63,721 nucleotides of DNA from Phycisphaerae bacterium (GCA_036477795.1 JAZGDL010000435.1:1-63721); one strand, 5' to 3'; counted from the stretch's first letter, positions 6,331-16,200 are shown. Program-made: numbers and translations. The notes: generated by a model not told the origin, from the sequence alone.

Positions 6331-8318
6331 AATCGTTCCCCGGCGAATCCGAGGGATTCCTCGAGCCAGTCGTCGGAGCGTAGAACAGCGCGGCGTTGCG
6401 CGAAAGCCATTCGCTCGGCGCGGCGTTGGGCGCGGTTAAAGGCGGCGCGGGTCAATGAAGCCAAGTGATTGTTGCGTTCATTGACGGTGAGCTTTCGCAG
6501 GAATCGCCGGGCTCCCGGGGCGAAGCGGACGAGAAGGTCATCCTCAAGGCTTAGCAGGGCGACGGCGGAACCCGGGTCGCCCTGGCGGGCGGCGCGGCCG
6601 AACAACTGACGATCAATTCGCCCGGCGGCGTGGCGCTCAGATGCGACGACGTGCAGACCGCCGATCCCAGCGACGCCACGGCCCAGCTTGATGTCGGTGC
6701 CCCGACCGGCCATGTTCGTGGCCACGGTGATCGCCCCGCGTTGACCCGCTTGGGCGATGATGTTGGCTTCAGCCTCGTGCCGCACGGCGTTGAGGACCTG
6801 ATGTTTCAGCCCGGCTGTGGTGAGCAACGCGCTCAGACGCTCGCTATCCTTGACGCTTCGTGTGCCGACGAGCACCGGCTGCCCGTTGTCATGAACCTGT
6901 CGAACCTCATCGACAATGGCTTGCCACTTGGCGTCCGCCGTCGGGAAACAGCGATCGTGCTGCCGGCGGCGTTGCACGGGTCGATGAGTTGGAATGACCA
7001 CAACGGGCAGACCATAAACCCGCCAGTATTCGCTACGTCCTTCAATGACCGTGCCGCTCAGTCCCGACACTTTGACGTACATTCGGAAGAAACGCTGAAA
7101 ACTGATCCGGGCTTGCGTGATCTTGGGGGGATTGACGGTAACTTTCTCTTTGGCTTCGATGGCTTGGTGAAGCCCGTCGCGCCAGGTCCGGTCGGGCATG
7201 GTTCGACCCGTCGATTCGTCGACGATGACGATTTTGTCGTCGGCGATTATATATTGCTTGTCACGATGGAAGAATTCCCTGGCGGACAGCGCTTGGGTGG
7301 TCAGTTCCTCGCCGCGTCGTTGAGAGCGCCACAGGCCACCCAATGGGGATGACATTGCGTTCAGGCGGCGACGGCCATTTTGGGTCAGTGTGACTTCGTT
7401 GTATTGAGCAACGACGATATAATCCTCGAGGGGTTGAAGTTTCGCCGCGAGCGTCGCAGCCTCTGTGTAGCATTGCACTTGTTCGGCGTTGGGAGCCTCG
7501 CCGGAAATGATCAGCGGCGTCACGGCTTCATCGAGTAGAACGGAATCGGCTTCGTCTATGATGGCGCAGTGCAACCCTCTTTGAACGACTCGCTCCTGCG
7601 GATCGTAACGGTGGACGATTCCGTCGATCAGAACTTCCGACAGGTTCCGTCGGCCTGCGAGCACGAGCCGATCGCGAAGAAAATCAGCGGTGACCTCCTT
7701 GTTGGTGCAATAGGTCATGTCGGCGTGGTAGGCGCGGCGCCGTTCGGCGGGGGGCGTGTCCTGCTGAAGGGATGCCACGGTCAATCCGCAACATTGGAAG
7801 ATGCCGGCCATCCACTCCGCATCGCGCCGGGCCAAATAATCATTCACCGTGACGACGTGGCAGCCTCGGCCGCGCCAACCGACGAGCGTGGCAGCCATGG
7901 CGGCGACCAGCGTCTTGCCCTCTCCCGTGGCCATCTCACAGATGCAACCGCCGTCGCAGGCCAGCGCTGCGGCGATCTGTACGCGGAATGGCCGTTCTCC
8001 AATCTTGCGAAAAGCGATCTCGCGGATAATGGCCAGCGCTCGATCGACATCGTGCCGGGACTCTCTACCGCATCGGAATAGCTCCGCAAGTGGACCAGTG
8101 GTTTCTCGCAGATGTTTGTCTGATACGGTGAGAAACTCGCGCTCCATGCCCAGAACGGCGTCGGCGCGTCGTAGAAAATGGCGCGGTCCGGTTTGAAATC
8201 GCCGTATCACGCCGCGCAGCACATCCCATCCCGCATCCAGTCCCGTCGGCAGGGCCCGCAATCTTGCAGGATTCGACAGGCTGCGCCACGTTGAACCGAT
8301 GGTATGGGACACGGTCAT
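6327..8318 (-). CDS. Truncated SecA-like ATPase (DEAD-type motor plus preprotein cross-linking domain only)
   Basis: Walker A EMATGEGKT (7911-7934), VVTVNDYLARRD, IIDEADSVLLDEA, the PPXD segment, TNMAGRGTDIKLG and RIDRQLFGRAARQGDPGS. The protein ends about 75 aa after the motor. The ATG at 8318 overlaps the upstream stop (ATGA); the longest ORF begins at 8363. Confidence 0.9.
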   Translation of the reverse strand: MTVSHTIGSTWRSLSNPARLRALPTGLDAGWDVLRGVIRRFQTGPRHFLRRADAVLGMEREFLTVSDKHLRETTGPLAELFRCGRESRHDVDRALAIIREIAFRKIGERPFRVQIAAALACDGGCICEMATGEGKTLVAAMAATLVGWRGRGCHVVTVNDYLARRDAEWMAGIFQCCGLTVASLQQDTPPAERRRAYHADMTYCTNKEVTADFLRDRLVLAGRRNLSEVLIDGIVHRYDPQERVVQRGLHCAIIDEADSVLLDEAVTPLIISGEAPNAEQVQCYTEAATLAAKLQPLEDYIVVAQYNEVTLTQNGRRRLNAMSSPLGGLWRSQRRGEELTTQALSAREFFHRDKQYIIADDKIVIVDESTGRTMPDRTWRDGLHQAIEAKEKVTVNPPKITQARISFQRFFRMYVKVSGLSGTVIEGRSEYWRVYGLPVVVIPTHRPVQRRRQHDRCFPTADAKWQAIVDEVRQVHDNGQPVLVGTRSVKDSERLSALLTTAGLKHQVLNAVRHEAEANIIAQAGQRGAITVATNMAGRGTDIKLGRGVAGIGGLHVVASERHAAGRIDRQLFGRAARQGDPGSAVALLSLEDDLLVRFAPGARRFLRKLTVNERNNHLASLTRAAFNRAQRRAERMAFAQRRAVLRSDDWLEESLGFAGERF

Positions 8319-10486
8319 AGACGGAATCGCTTCTGAATCAATTGTTCGATGGACCGCCACCACTGCAGCGCGAGCGGCTTGGCCGGCAGTGCAAAACGGA
8401 CCACGACGCGCTGGCCCGCATAGAAAAACTGCTGACCGGCGGGTTCAATGCGGACTTCAAAGAACGGTTCGGCCGCTTTTCGTCCGGTGGGGTCATCGGC
8501 CTTGGTCTCGACGCTTCCTCCGGCGAAGATGCTCAAGGACTGAGCGGGCAGTTGTTCCTGGCCGGCGGGGTATATCTCGGTGATCGTGCCGCGCCATTGG
8601 ATGTCCGGGCGCGACCTCGCCCGGATTTCGACCTCCGGACGCGCGTCGCTCACGAGAATGGCAGCGGTGTATTGGTCGGCGGTGGCCCGTATGCAAAAGT
8701 CGGTCAGGTCGGCCACCATGCCGATGGGTTCGCCTCGGCGAACATAGGCGCCGATCCGGTTCTCAATACCTGGCGAAATCCAAGTGCCCGCGAACGGTGG
8801 ATAGATGGCGAGCGAGGCCAGTTCCTCGTGCTTTCGCGTGATCTGATCGTCCAGCGCGGTGGTCTGCTCCTCGAACACTTGGACGGCGGCCATGTCACTG
8901 TCCCGCAGAGCCCACCTCCGGCGCACTTCGGTTCCGCGTCTTTCCGCGAATAGGCTGCTCAGTTCCATGACGAGCTGCGCATTGTCGGCCTCCACGAGCG
9001 TCGCTTCGCCGGGCCTCGCCGCCGATCCCGAAGATGCGGCGCGTCGAATGAATCCGTCGGCCCGGGCGTGCACAATCGCGATGCGGCGCGGTTCCACGAC
9101 TCCTTCCGCGCGGAGATGATCGGGCACCGGGATCAGGCACATGGCGCAGGCGGTGCCGCCAACCATGGCGCTGATTGTACCAACGGCCCGGCGCCGAACG
9201 CGTGCTAATTCGCCGCTGGTCGCCAAGTAGTGGATCAGAGTAAAAAGCGGGACCAGGCCCATGGTGACGACGGCGCCCATCGCCAGGATGGCGCCGAGGA
9301 AGAAGAGCTTATCGGCGATGAACAAGATGATGGCTACGGCCACGATTGTGCGATAGATCGTAGACGTCACGGCGTAGAAAAAGAGCCAGCCGTGTTCGCG
9401 AGCCGTGCATGGATGGACGACGCTCTTGAGGCCCCAGAGGTAACGCTTCACCAGATAGTAGATGTACCGGCGGCTGCGCGTGGCGAGGTTCGGGATTTCC
9501 AACAAGTCCGACAGTATGTAGTAGCCATCGTAACGTAGAAGAGGATTGACATTGAACAGCAGTGTGGACACGCCGGAAATGAAAAGGACATTGTAGGCCA
9601 AAGCGTTCGTCAGTGTCCCTTGAGACGTGTTCGTCCAGACCAGGGCCGCGACACCGGCCAGGGCGAACTCTGCCAGGATTCCCGCGGCGCCGACGACAAT
9701 GCGCTGCCATTTGCTTCGAAACGTCCATGCGCTGGAGGCGTCGACGTATGGGACCGGCGTGAAGACAAGCAGCATGATGCCCATTTCGTGGACGTCCCCT
9801 CCGGTTCCATTGAGCCGTCCAAACCGCTTGCAGGCAAATGCGTGCCCAAACTCGTGGAACACTTTCGTCAGTACGAAGCAAACATAAAGCCAAGGGAGGT
9901 TGTCCTGGCTCAGAACGCCCGAAGCGTGGTTCTGCAGCGCCTCCCAGTGCCCGGCGAGGCTGACGAGGCCGAGGATCAGCAGCGCGCATACAGCGCCTCC
10001 GCCGTACCAGGTGAACGCACGTCCGAACAGCCATACCCAGCGGTTCAATAAATGATTGGGGTTGAACAAAGGTATCTTGGCGAACAAGATGCTGGATAGT
10101 CGTCCCTGTATTTCCCGCTTGATCCGCTTGCGGTACCGGCGGAAGAGCACTTCCGAATCGCCGGGCAGCTCGCAATAGAGCAGATTGGCGGCGTATAACC
10201 GGCCGAGCAGTTCAACGACTTCATTCTGAGTCGGGGCATCGTCGCCCAGCCGATCGTTACACAGCGTCCAGGCGTCCGCGACGCGGCGCCGCCCGTCCAG
10301 GAGGGCCATGAAGTAATAACCGGGCTCGTTCAACCGAAAGTGCTGGTTGTTGGCCGAGTCCCGCGCGACATGCCAGGTTCTCCCGCGAAACTGCTGCCGG
10401 TAGACGTGCACGGTGGTTCGCAATCGCGGTGACAGATCGGCGACCTTGTGCCAGGATTCACTGAAGGTGGTTCGCAAGGTCGTCAT
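8315..10486 (-). CDS. PqqD-like domain / M50 (site-2 protease) / HlyD-type periplasmic domain fusion protein
   Basis: 723 aa. The N-terminus is PqqD-like (FRLNEPGYYFMALLDGRRRVADAW...VVELLGRLYAANLL). Polytopic core carries HEFGH (9842-9856) and NPLLRYDG (9524-9547). The C-terminal ~270 aa are MFP-like (coiled coil, beta-barrel). Confidence 0.85.
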   Translation of the reverse strand: MTTLRTTFSESWHKVADLSPRLRTTVHVYRQQFRGRTWHVARDSANNQHFRLNEPGYYFMALLDGRRRVADAWTLCNDRLGDDAPTQNEVVELLGRLYAANLLYCELPGDSEVLFRRYRKRIKREIQGRLSSILFAKIPLFNPNHLLNRWVWLFGRAFTWYGGGAVCALLILGLVSLAGHWEALQNHASGVLSQDNLPWLYVCFVLTKVFHEFGHAFACKRFGRLNGTGGDVHEMGIMLLVFTPVPYVDASSAWTFRSKWQRIVVGAAGILAEFALAGVAALVWTNTSQGTLTNALAYNVLFISGVSTLLFNVNPLLRYDGYYILSDLLEIPNLATRSRRYIYYLVKRYLWGLKSVVHPCTAREHGWLFFYAVTSTIYRTIVAVAIILFIADKLFFLGAILAMGAVVTMGLVPLFTLIHYLATSGELARVRRRAVGTISAMVGGTACAMCLIPVPDHLRAEGVVEPRRIAIVHARADGFIRRAASSGSAARPGEATLVEADNAQLVMELSSLFAERRGTEVRRRWALRDSDMAAVQVFEEQTTALDDQITRKHEELASLAIYPPFAGTWISPGIENRIGAYVRRGEPIGMVADLTDFCIRATADQYTAAILVSDARPEVEIRARSRPDIQWRGTITEIYPAGQEQLPAQSLSIFAGGSVETKADDPTGRKAAEPFFEVRIEPAGQQFFYAGQRVVVRFALPAKPLALQWWRSIEQLIQKRFRL

Positions 10487-10497
10487 GGTGCTTCAAT

Positions 10498-10575
10498 GAA
10501 TGGCGAATAGCGAATGGAGAATTCAGAAAGGGGATTGACTCATCATTCGCTATTCGCCATTCGCTATTCGCCATT
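10498..10575. repeat. Intergenic hairpin built from GCGAATAGCGAATGG units inside the operon
   Basis: GAATGGCGAATAGCGAATGG (10498-10517) is complementary to two overlapping registers of the tandem 14-nt unit CATTCGCTATTCGC (10544-10571). It ends 12 nt upstream of the M50 fusion start codon. Confidence 0.7.
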
Positions 10576-10593
10576 TCCCTTATGCAGTCGTGG

Positions 10594-12522
10594 CTACCAC
10601 CAAAGTTGCATCCGCACCCAGTTGACGAATGGGCGCGTCCAGATCCACAGGTAGCTGCGGCGGTCCACATCGATTTTGGCGGTGCCCGCCATGCCGGGGC
10701 GAAGCCAGGGACGCGACTCGCCCAGGCGAACGCGCACCTTGAACACATTGCGCCCCTCGGCGACCTCGGCTACGGGATTGATGTGCTCGACCGTGAATGG
10801 CAGCAGGTCGCCGGGCAGCGATGCGGAAGCCAACCGTCCGGTCTGGGCGAGTCGGATGTCGGGGATCTGATCCTCGGGGATGGCGATCTCTGCGCGGAGG
10901 TCGTCCAACGGCGTCACTTCGAACAGCAGGTCGCCGGTCTTGAAGGGAGCCCCGAGCTGACGCTCGAGGTCTCCGGAGATGACGACGCCGGATGTAGCGG
11001 ACCGGATTTCGGCTTGAGCGATCTTATAATCGAGCAGATCGATCTGGGCCTGGATCCGGGCGGCTTGCGCCTCTGCGATCTGGGCCTCAGCCTCCTCGCC
11101 TCTACGCCGAGCCAGGGCTGCTCGCTTCGTTTCAGCCGAGGCTTCCGCCCGGGCCGAGGCGAGCTGCAATCGCAGTTCTGCGGTCTCGAATGTAGCCAGG
11201 ACCGTCTCGCCGGCGCGAACGGAATCGCCGATCTTGACGTGCACGTCTTCCAGGTATCCATCGAACGGCGCCGGCACGATCTGCCGTGTGCTAGGCTCAA
11301 TGACGAACGACCCTTCCGCCCGGTATTGGCCTTTGACCAGCGTGAGAAACAGCGCGGCTGCAAAGCCCAGCAGCGACAACACCTTGGCCCAGGTGTGCGT
11401 AGGGCCGACCAGGGCAGCCAGCCCACGCCGTATGGTCCTCGCTGCCCGGGCGCCGAACCAACGATCCCGCTCATAGAGATCCACGAGTCGCGCAGTGCAC
11501 AGATCGATAGCCAAACGTAGTGTGCGAACCTGGGCCGCATCCAAAGGGTCATCCAGGGGCCGGTCGATGGTCAGCACAGCGCATGACTCGGCAACGGGCC
11601 GGGCGGAGGACCGCCCGGCGCCGGTGTGGCGAATCGGTATGCTGCACACGGATACGGGGCCGTGGCGTGCGGAGAACTCGGCAGCGGCGCGATATACGTA
11701 ACGTGCGGCAGGGTCTGCCGGGTAGACAACCTCAACGTCCTGGTCGAACGATTCCTCCATGGTCGCTTCGAGGTCCTGAACGAGTTGCGTCCGGCGATCG
11801 AACCGTTCGGTGTGACTGAGGGCCCGCAGGACGACGTAGCGCCCCTGTCGAAAGCCAAGTCCGACGCGTTGCCCGTGCCACCGCGAGGCCACCTCGTTGC
11901 ACAAAGTCATGGCCGTGCTCAGGAATCGGTCGTGCTCGTTGACCGCGGCAACCACCTCCAAAGCCACTTTCATGTGCCGAAGGTCGTCATCGCGGGCTTC
12001 CAGCGTCAGCCTCATTTCGTACAGGCTGAGCAGTTGCATGGACAGTTCGAGGCGTTCGCGCCGGGTCTGGAGCTCAGCCGATGAGTCCGCGGCGATCACG
12101 AAGGCGGCCGCCCCGCGTACGGTCGAGGTGCTGCGAATCGGGATGGTCAACACGTGGCGGAGTGATGAACCGGGCTGAGGGCAGCCAGGCTCCGATCTGT
12201 CGTCGGAATCGGTGTCACGTAGTGGCACGATAAGAGTTCCGGCGTCGGAGGCATTGAGTTTCTTCGCCGCTTCGGCTGCGATCGCCAACCAGACCATGGG
12301 CGTGGAGGATTCGGTGCAACGCGGGTGAATGGCCAGGGGCTGGGCGACGCCGTCGGCATTGATTCGCAGGATGGCGCCACGTTCGGCGCCGGCCATGGCG
12401 CATTGTCCCGCGAGGAGATGATCCAGGAACTCGTCCGGCGGGCCCTCGAAGTGCGCCAGTTGCTCCAATGAGACGGCGCCGGGCGACGTCCCGGTCCAAG
12501 CTGGCCTAGCAACGTTCTCCAC
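10594..12522 (-). CDS. GAF-like sensor domains fused to a HlyD-family membrane fusion protein
   Basis: 642 aa. The ~370-aa cytoplasmic N-terminus has two GAF-like regions. One TM segment (VLSLLGFAAALFLTLV) follows. Then MFP features: PFDGYLEDVHVKIGDSVRAGETVL, a coiled coil (AEAQIAEAQAARIQAQIDLLDYKIAQAEI) and SGVVISGDL. Confidence 0.8.
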   Translation of the reverse strand: MENVARPAWTGTSPGAVSLEQLAHFEGPPDEFLDHLLAGQCAMAGAERGAILRINADGVAQPLAIHPRCTESSTPMVWLAIAAEAAKKLNASDAGTLIVPLRDTDSDDRSEPGCPQPGSSLRHVLTIPIRSTSTVRGAAAFVIAADSSAELQTRRERLELSMQLLSLYEMRLTLEARDDDLRHMKVALEVVAAVNEHDRFLSTAMTLCNEVASRWHGQRVGLGFRQGRYVVLRALSHTERFDRRTQLVQDLEATMEESFDQDVEVVYPADPAARYVYRAAAEFSARHGPVSVCSIPIRHTGAGRSSARPVAESCAVLTIDRPLDDPLDAAQVRTLRLAIDLCTARLVDLYERDRWFGARAARTIRRGLAALVGPTHTWAKVLSLLGFAAALFLTLVKGQYRAEGSFVIEPSTRQIVPAPFDGYLEDVHVKIGDSVRAGETVLATFETAELRLQLASARAEASAETKRAALARRRGEEAEAQIAEAQAARIQAQIDLLDYKIAQAEIRSATSGVVISGDLERQLGAPFKTGDLLFEVTPLDDLRAEIAIPEDQIPDIRLAQTGRLASASLPGDLLPFTVEHINPVAEVAEGRNVFKVRVRLGESRPWLRPGMAGTAKIDVDRRSYLWIWTRPFVNWVRMQLWW

Positions 12523-12580
12523 GGTCCAATCTCGGCAATGTCTCGGCGCCTGGCGCTCCCCGCGTATCCAACAAGTTGTC

Positions 12581-12955
12581 CTAGGCGGGTTTGCGACGTT
12601 GGGCGACGTTCAGCTCCAGCGGGCCGAATTGTTCCTCGTATCGCTTAATCTGCTGTCCCAGCGAGATGGCCAGCCTCTTGGCGGAATAGTAGTTCATCAC
12701 CACGCGATCGCCGACCGTAAACACGCAATTGACAGTGTTGTCGTCCTTGCGGACCGGCTGTGCATGGTCGATAAGGTTGACGCCGAAATCGATGATCACT
12801 TCCTCGGCGGTGAACTGTGTGCGGAAACCGTTGGCATAGGTCGTGCGCAGATCCCGTTGATCAACACGCAGCCGAACCTGACGCTTACCGACCTGATCCT
12901 GCGCTTGCTGCTCGACCTGCTCGTCTGCCGTATCGTTTTGTTTCGGAGTGTCCAT
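12581..12955 (-). CDS. DUF3467-like small protein, first gene of the operon
   Basis: 124 aa. After an acidic/Gln-rich N-terminus comes YANGFRTQFTAEEVIIDFGVNL...VVMNYYSAKRLAISLGQQIKRYEEQFG, matching my recollection of the DUF3467 pattern (Y.N......t..E...DFg). Confidence 0.7.
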   Translation of the reverse strand: MDTPKQNDTADEQVEQQAQDQVGKRQVRLRVDQRDLRTTYANGFRTQFTAEEVIIDFGVNLIDHAQPVRKDDNTVNCVFTVGDRVVMNYYSAKRLAISLGQQIKRYEEQFGPLELNVAQRRKPA

Positions 12956-13280
12956 TTCGGTCTACCGCCTTTCTGCCAAAATCGAGATCACGCCTCAGCG
13001 AGCCCCCCTCCCCAAACTGAGAAGTGCCCGTACCAAGCCGGGATCGAACTAGAGCATATCCGACGTGCGGTTGATTCGCAATTCAGAATCCAGAAGACCG
13101 CATGTCGGAGCCATCAGCAGCCTCAAGTGTCGCTTCAAGGCGATAATCGGCCGTTTTTGTTGTGGCAGCCGGGGGGACATGGTGATAGTATACGTCTGGA
13201 TATTGTGACGGGAAAGGGCCCACCGGCACATACCTACCGTCAAAACGAGGGCTTGGTCATTTAGGTCACGGAGGCACGGC

Positions 13281-16200
13281 ATGCGCACATCGACGTCCGA
13301 GGCGCGTGATGGGGGCTACTACTTTGAGCCGCTCGAGCCGCGAGTGTTACTCAGCGGCACGATGTTAACCCTCGACAGGCCCGACGAGCTGTTGGGCAAC
13401 CCGGGCGGGATGACGATCGACGCCGGCGACCGTGCTGCGTTCGAGGAAGGGTTGTCGGCGGTTCGATCGGTGCTCGAATCCGTCAGCGTGCTGGACGAGT
13501 ATCTGGCGCAACTTCCGCTTGTCGGGGGCAGTGTGCTCGACCGCCTCCCATCATTCGACGCCTTACAAGACCAAGTCATCGATCAGATCGAGAGCTTCTT
13601 CCAAGACAACCCGGCTCCGGTCGTGTCGTTGTTTGAGTCACACTTCGAGGGGCTGGGCTGGACGGTCGATTTCAACGCCGTCACGCACGAACTGTCCGCC
13701 AGCGTGCCCGTCAACATCGACGTGACGCTGACGGAGCAGGACGTCGACCTGAGTTCGCGGGATCCGATCGAGCTTAGCGGTGGAGACCTTTCGTTGGGGT
13801 TGGATCTGCCGAGTATGGATGTCCACGGACAGCTCGACTTGGACATCACCTTCGGCGTGGATTTGGATAACTCGGCGTTCTTCACTCAGGTTCCGAACTT
13901 CACGGCAACATTGGACGCCGGAGCCGACCCGCTGAATGCAGAGGCGACGCTGGGGTTCCTGGCCCTTTCGGTTGTCGGTGGCTCGTTGGACTTCCAGGCG
14001 GGTCTGGATATCGACATCGGGAACGGTCAAGTCCTGACCCTCTCGCAGCTTCAGAACACCCCGATTTCGCAACTTGTCGACGTGAACGTCGATCCGAGCT
14101 CGTCGATTTCAGCCGAGTTGCCACTGCAACTCACCGCCGGCGTCGGCAACCTGTTTACCCTCAGCGGAACGCCGCACGTGACGTTGTCGGTATCGGACCT
14201 GTTCGGCGTTTCCGACGGACCCACGTTTGATTACCAGGTTCAGGATCTTGACCAGTTGTCGGACTTCGAGGTGGCCTCTCCGGCGGCTGTGATCAGCGCG
14301 TTCAGCCAACTGGCCAACTGGTTTAACAACTTCGGTCTTAGCGAAGTATTCGATCTGGAACTGCCCTTCCTGGACGGTGTGGACCTATCGGCGCTGGACC
14401 TGGGCGAGGCGATGACCCAAGCCTTCACCGAACAGTTGCAGGCGATTCGGTTGACAGCCCCGAACAACGCCCCAACGGGGATGGTGACCGCCAACCTCAC
14501 CCTTCGGCTCAACGATCAGCAGAACGTCTCGGTGGGGATTTCGGGCAACTTTGCCAACACCGATGCCCTGGTCACAACCATCAACACTCAATTGACCACA
14601 AAGCTGAGCCAGCTTTTCGACGAGAACGAGGTGGACTTCCGCGGGATGGTTGAAGCGAACAATGCCAACGGGCGTGTCGAGTTCGTGGCCAACCCAAGCA
14701 AGGTGACGCAGGTGCGCGTCTCCTACACCGGGATGCAAGGCTTGGGGTTCGAGCAGAACCAGGAGGCGTCGGGGTTGGCCTTCGATTCCATCCAGAGCCT
14801 GGCAACGCTGCTGGGCAATGCGCTGGAGGGCAATACGCTGGGTCTGGCTGCCCAGGTCGGTGTCAACCCGACGTACGACCCCGAAACGCATGAGTTGACC
14901 TTCAACGTTGCGTTCACAGAAGAACTCGTCTCGGTTAAGGAGCCGCTGAGTTTCGGCCACGACTTCGGCGCGCTGGGCGCGATCAACACGTCGAGCACCA
15001 TGTCGTTCATGTCGACGGTTTCGGGTGCGTTCACCTTCGGGTTCCTGCTCCAGCCGTTGGCACCGGACTTCGTGTTGACGGATCAGACGTCGCTGGACCA
15101 ACTCGTGGCGCTCAACGGGTTCAAGAACAAGACGTTCGCGGACCTGTTGGCCTCGAGCGGACACGAACTGACGATCACCTTGCGCGATGGCACGACGCAC
15201 AACATTGATCTGAATGGGGCCTCGACGATCGGCGACGTGAGAAACCTGATTCAGACGCAGTCGCCGGTGACAGTGCAAATCAACGACGATCAAAACGGTC
15301 TGGACCTGATCCATCCCAACAACGTCAGCGGAAGCAGTAATTTCACGGTGCGTGCAGCCAACAGCGCGTTCGCCATCTACGCGCTGGGATTGCTGGCCAC
15401 CGGTGAGGAGTCGGGCGGGCAATGGGTCATCAGGGGCACGCCGTTGCACGGGGAGACGCTGGCAGACCGGATGTTCCTGCGCGACGATGCATCCATCGGC
15501 GGGCGGATCGACGCTATGGCGGCGGACATCGACGCCAGCGCGATGTTCGGCCGCAACCCGGTCGAAGAGGATCGTTTCTTCGTCGAGATCGGCATCGTGG
15601 ACGGCGGGGCCGTGGGATCGGCCGAGATCACAGTCGGATTGGCTGACCCCGACAATAGCGGCAACATTTTCCTCTCCGAATTGATTGACGCGGTCGCCGA
15701 CGACGTCACCAGCATCATCGATGCGTTCTCGCCCGATCCGACCGGGCACTTCATTGTCAATCTTCCGGTCGAGGTTTCATTCCTGAACATCGAGACGTCC
15801 CCCATGCCGGGCGAGGGCCCGCGGATCGTGCTGGAGTGGGACGCATCGGACCCGACCACCATCGAGCCGATGTTCCTGAATCTGGAGGACCTGCTCAGCT
15901 TCGAGAACGTGGGCGTCAGTGACATCATCTCGGCACTGACGGGGCCGGGCGGGTTAATCGACTATCTGCGCCAGATCGAGGGCGTCGACGAATTCTTCAC
16001 CATGGACATCCCGCTGCTGGATGCGAGCCTCGGCGACCTGGTGGACTTCGTCGACCGCTTTGCGGCGGACTTCGAGAAGTTTGAGCAGTCGCCGGCGTCG
16101 AGTCTGCAAACATTGGCGCAGAGCTTGGCCCAGACGTTGGGCATCCCCGCGTCTCTGGTCGACGTGGCGTTCGATTCCGTCTCAGCGCCGTCCACGTCAG

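Noticed and set aside
10498-10575. CRISPR array
   Set aside because: There are only about 2.3 contiguous 14-nt units with no spacers, plus an inverted copy. No cas genes are in the window.
8342-13264. Plus-strand ORFs overlapping the operon (8342-8953, 9620-10051, 10582-11520, 11626-12084, 12599-13264)
   Set aside because: They are antisense to genes with strong family signatures (SecA motor, HEFGH protease, HlyD, DUF3467) and their products are low-complexity.
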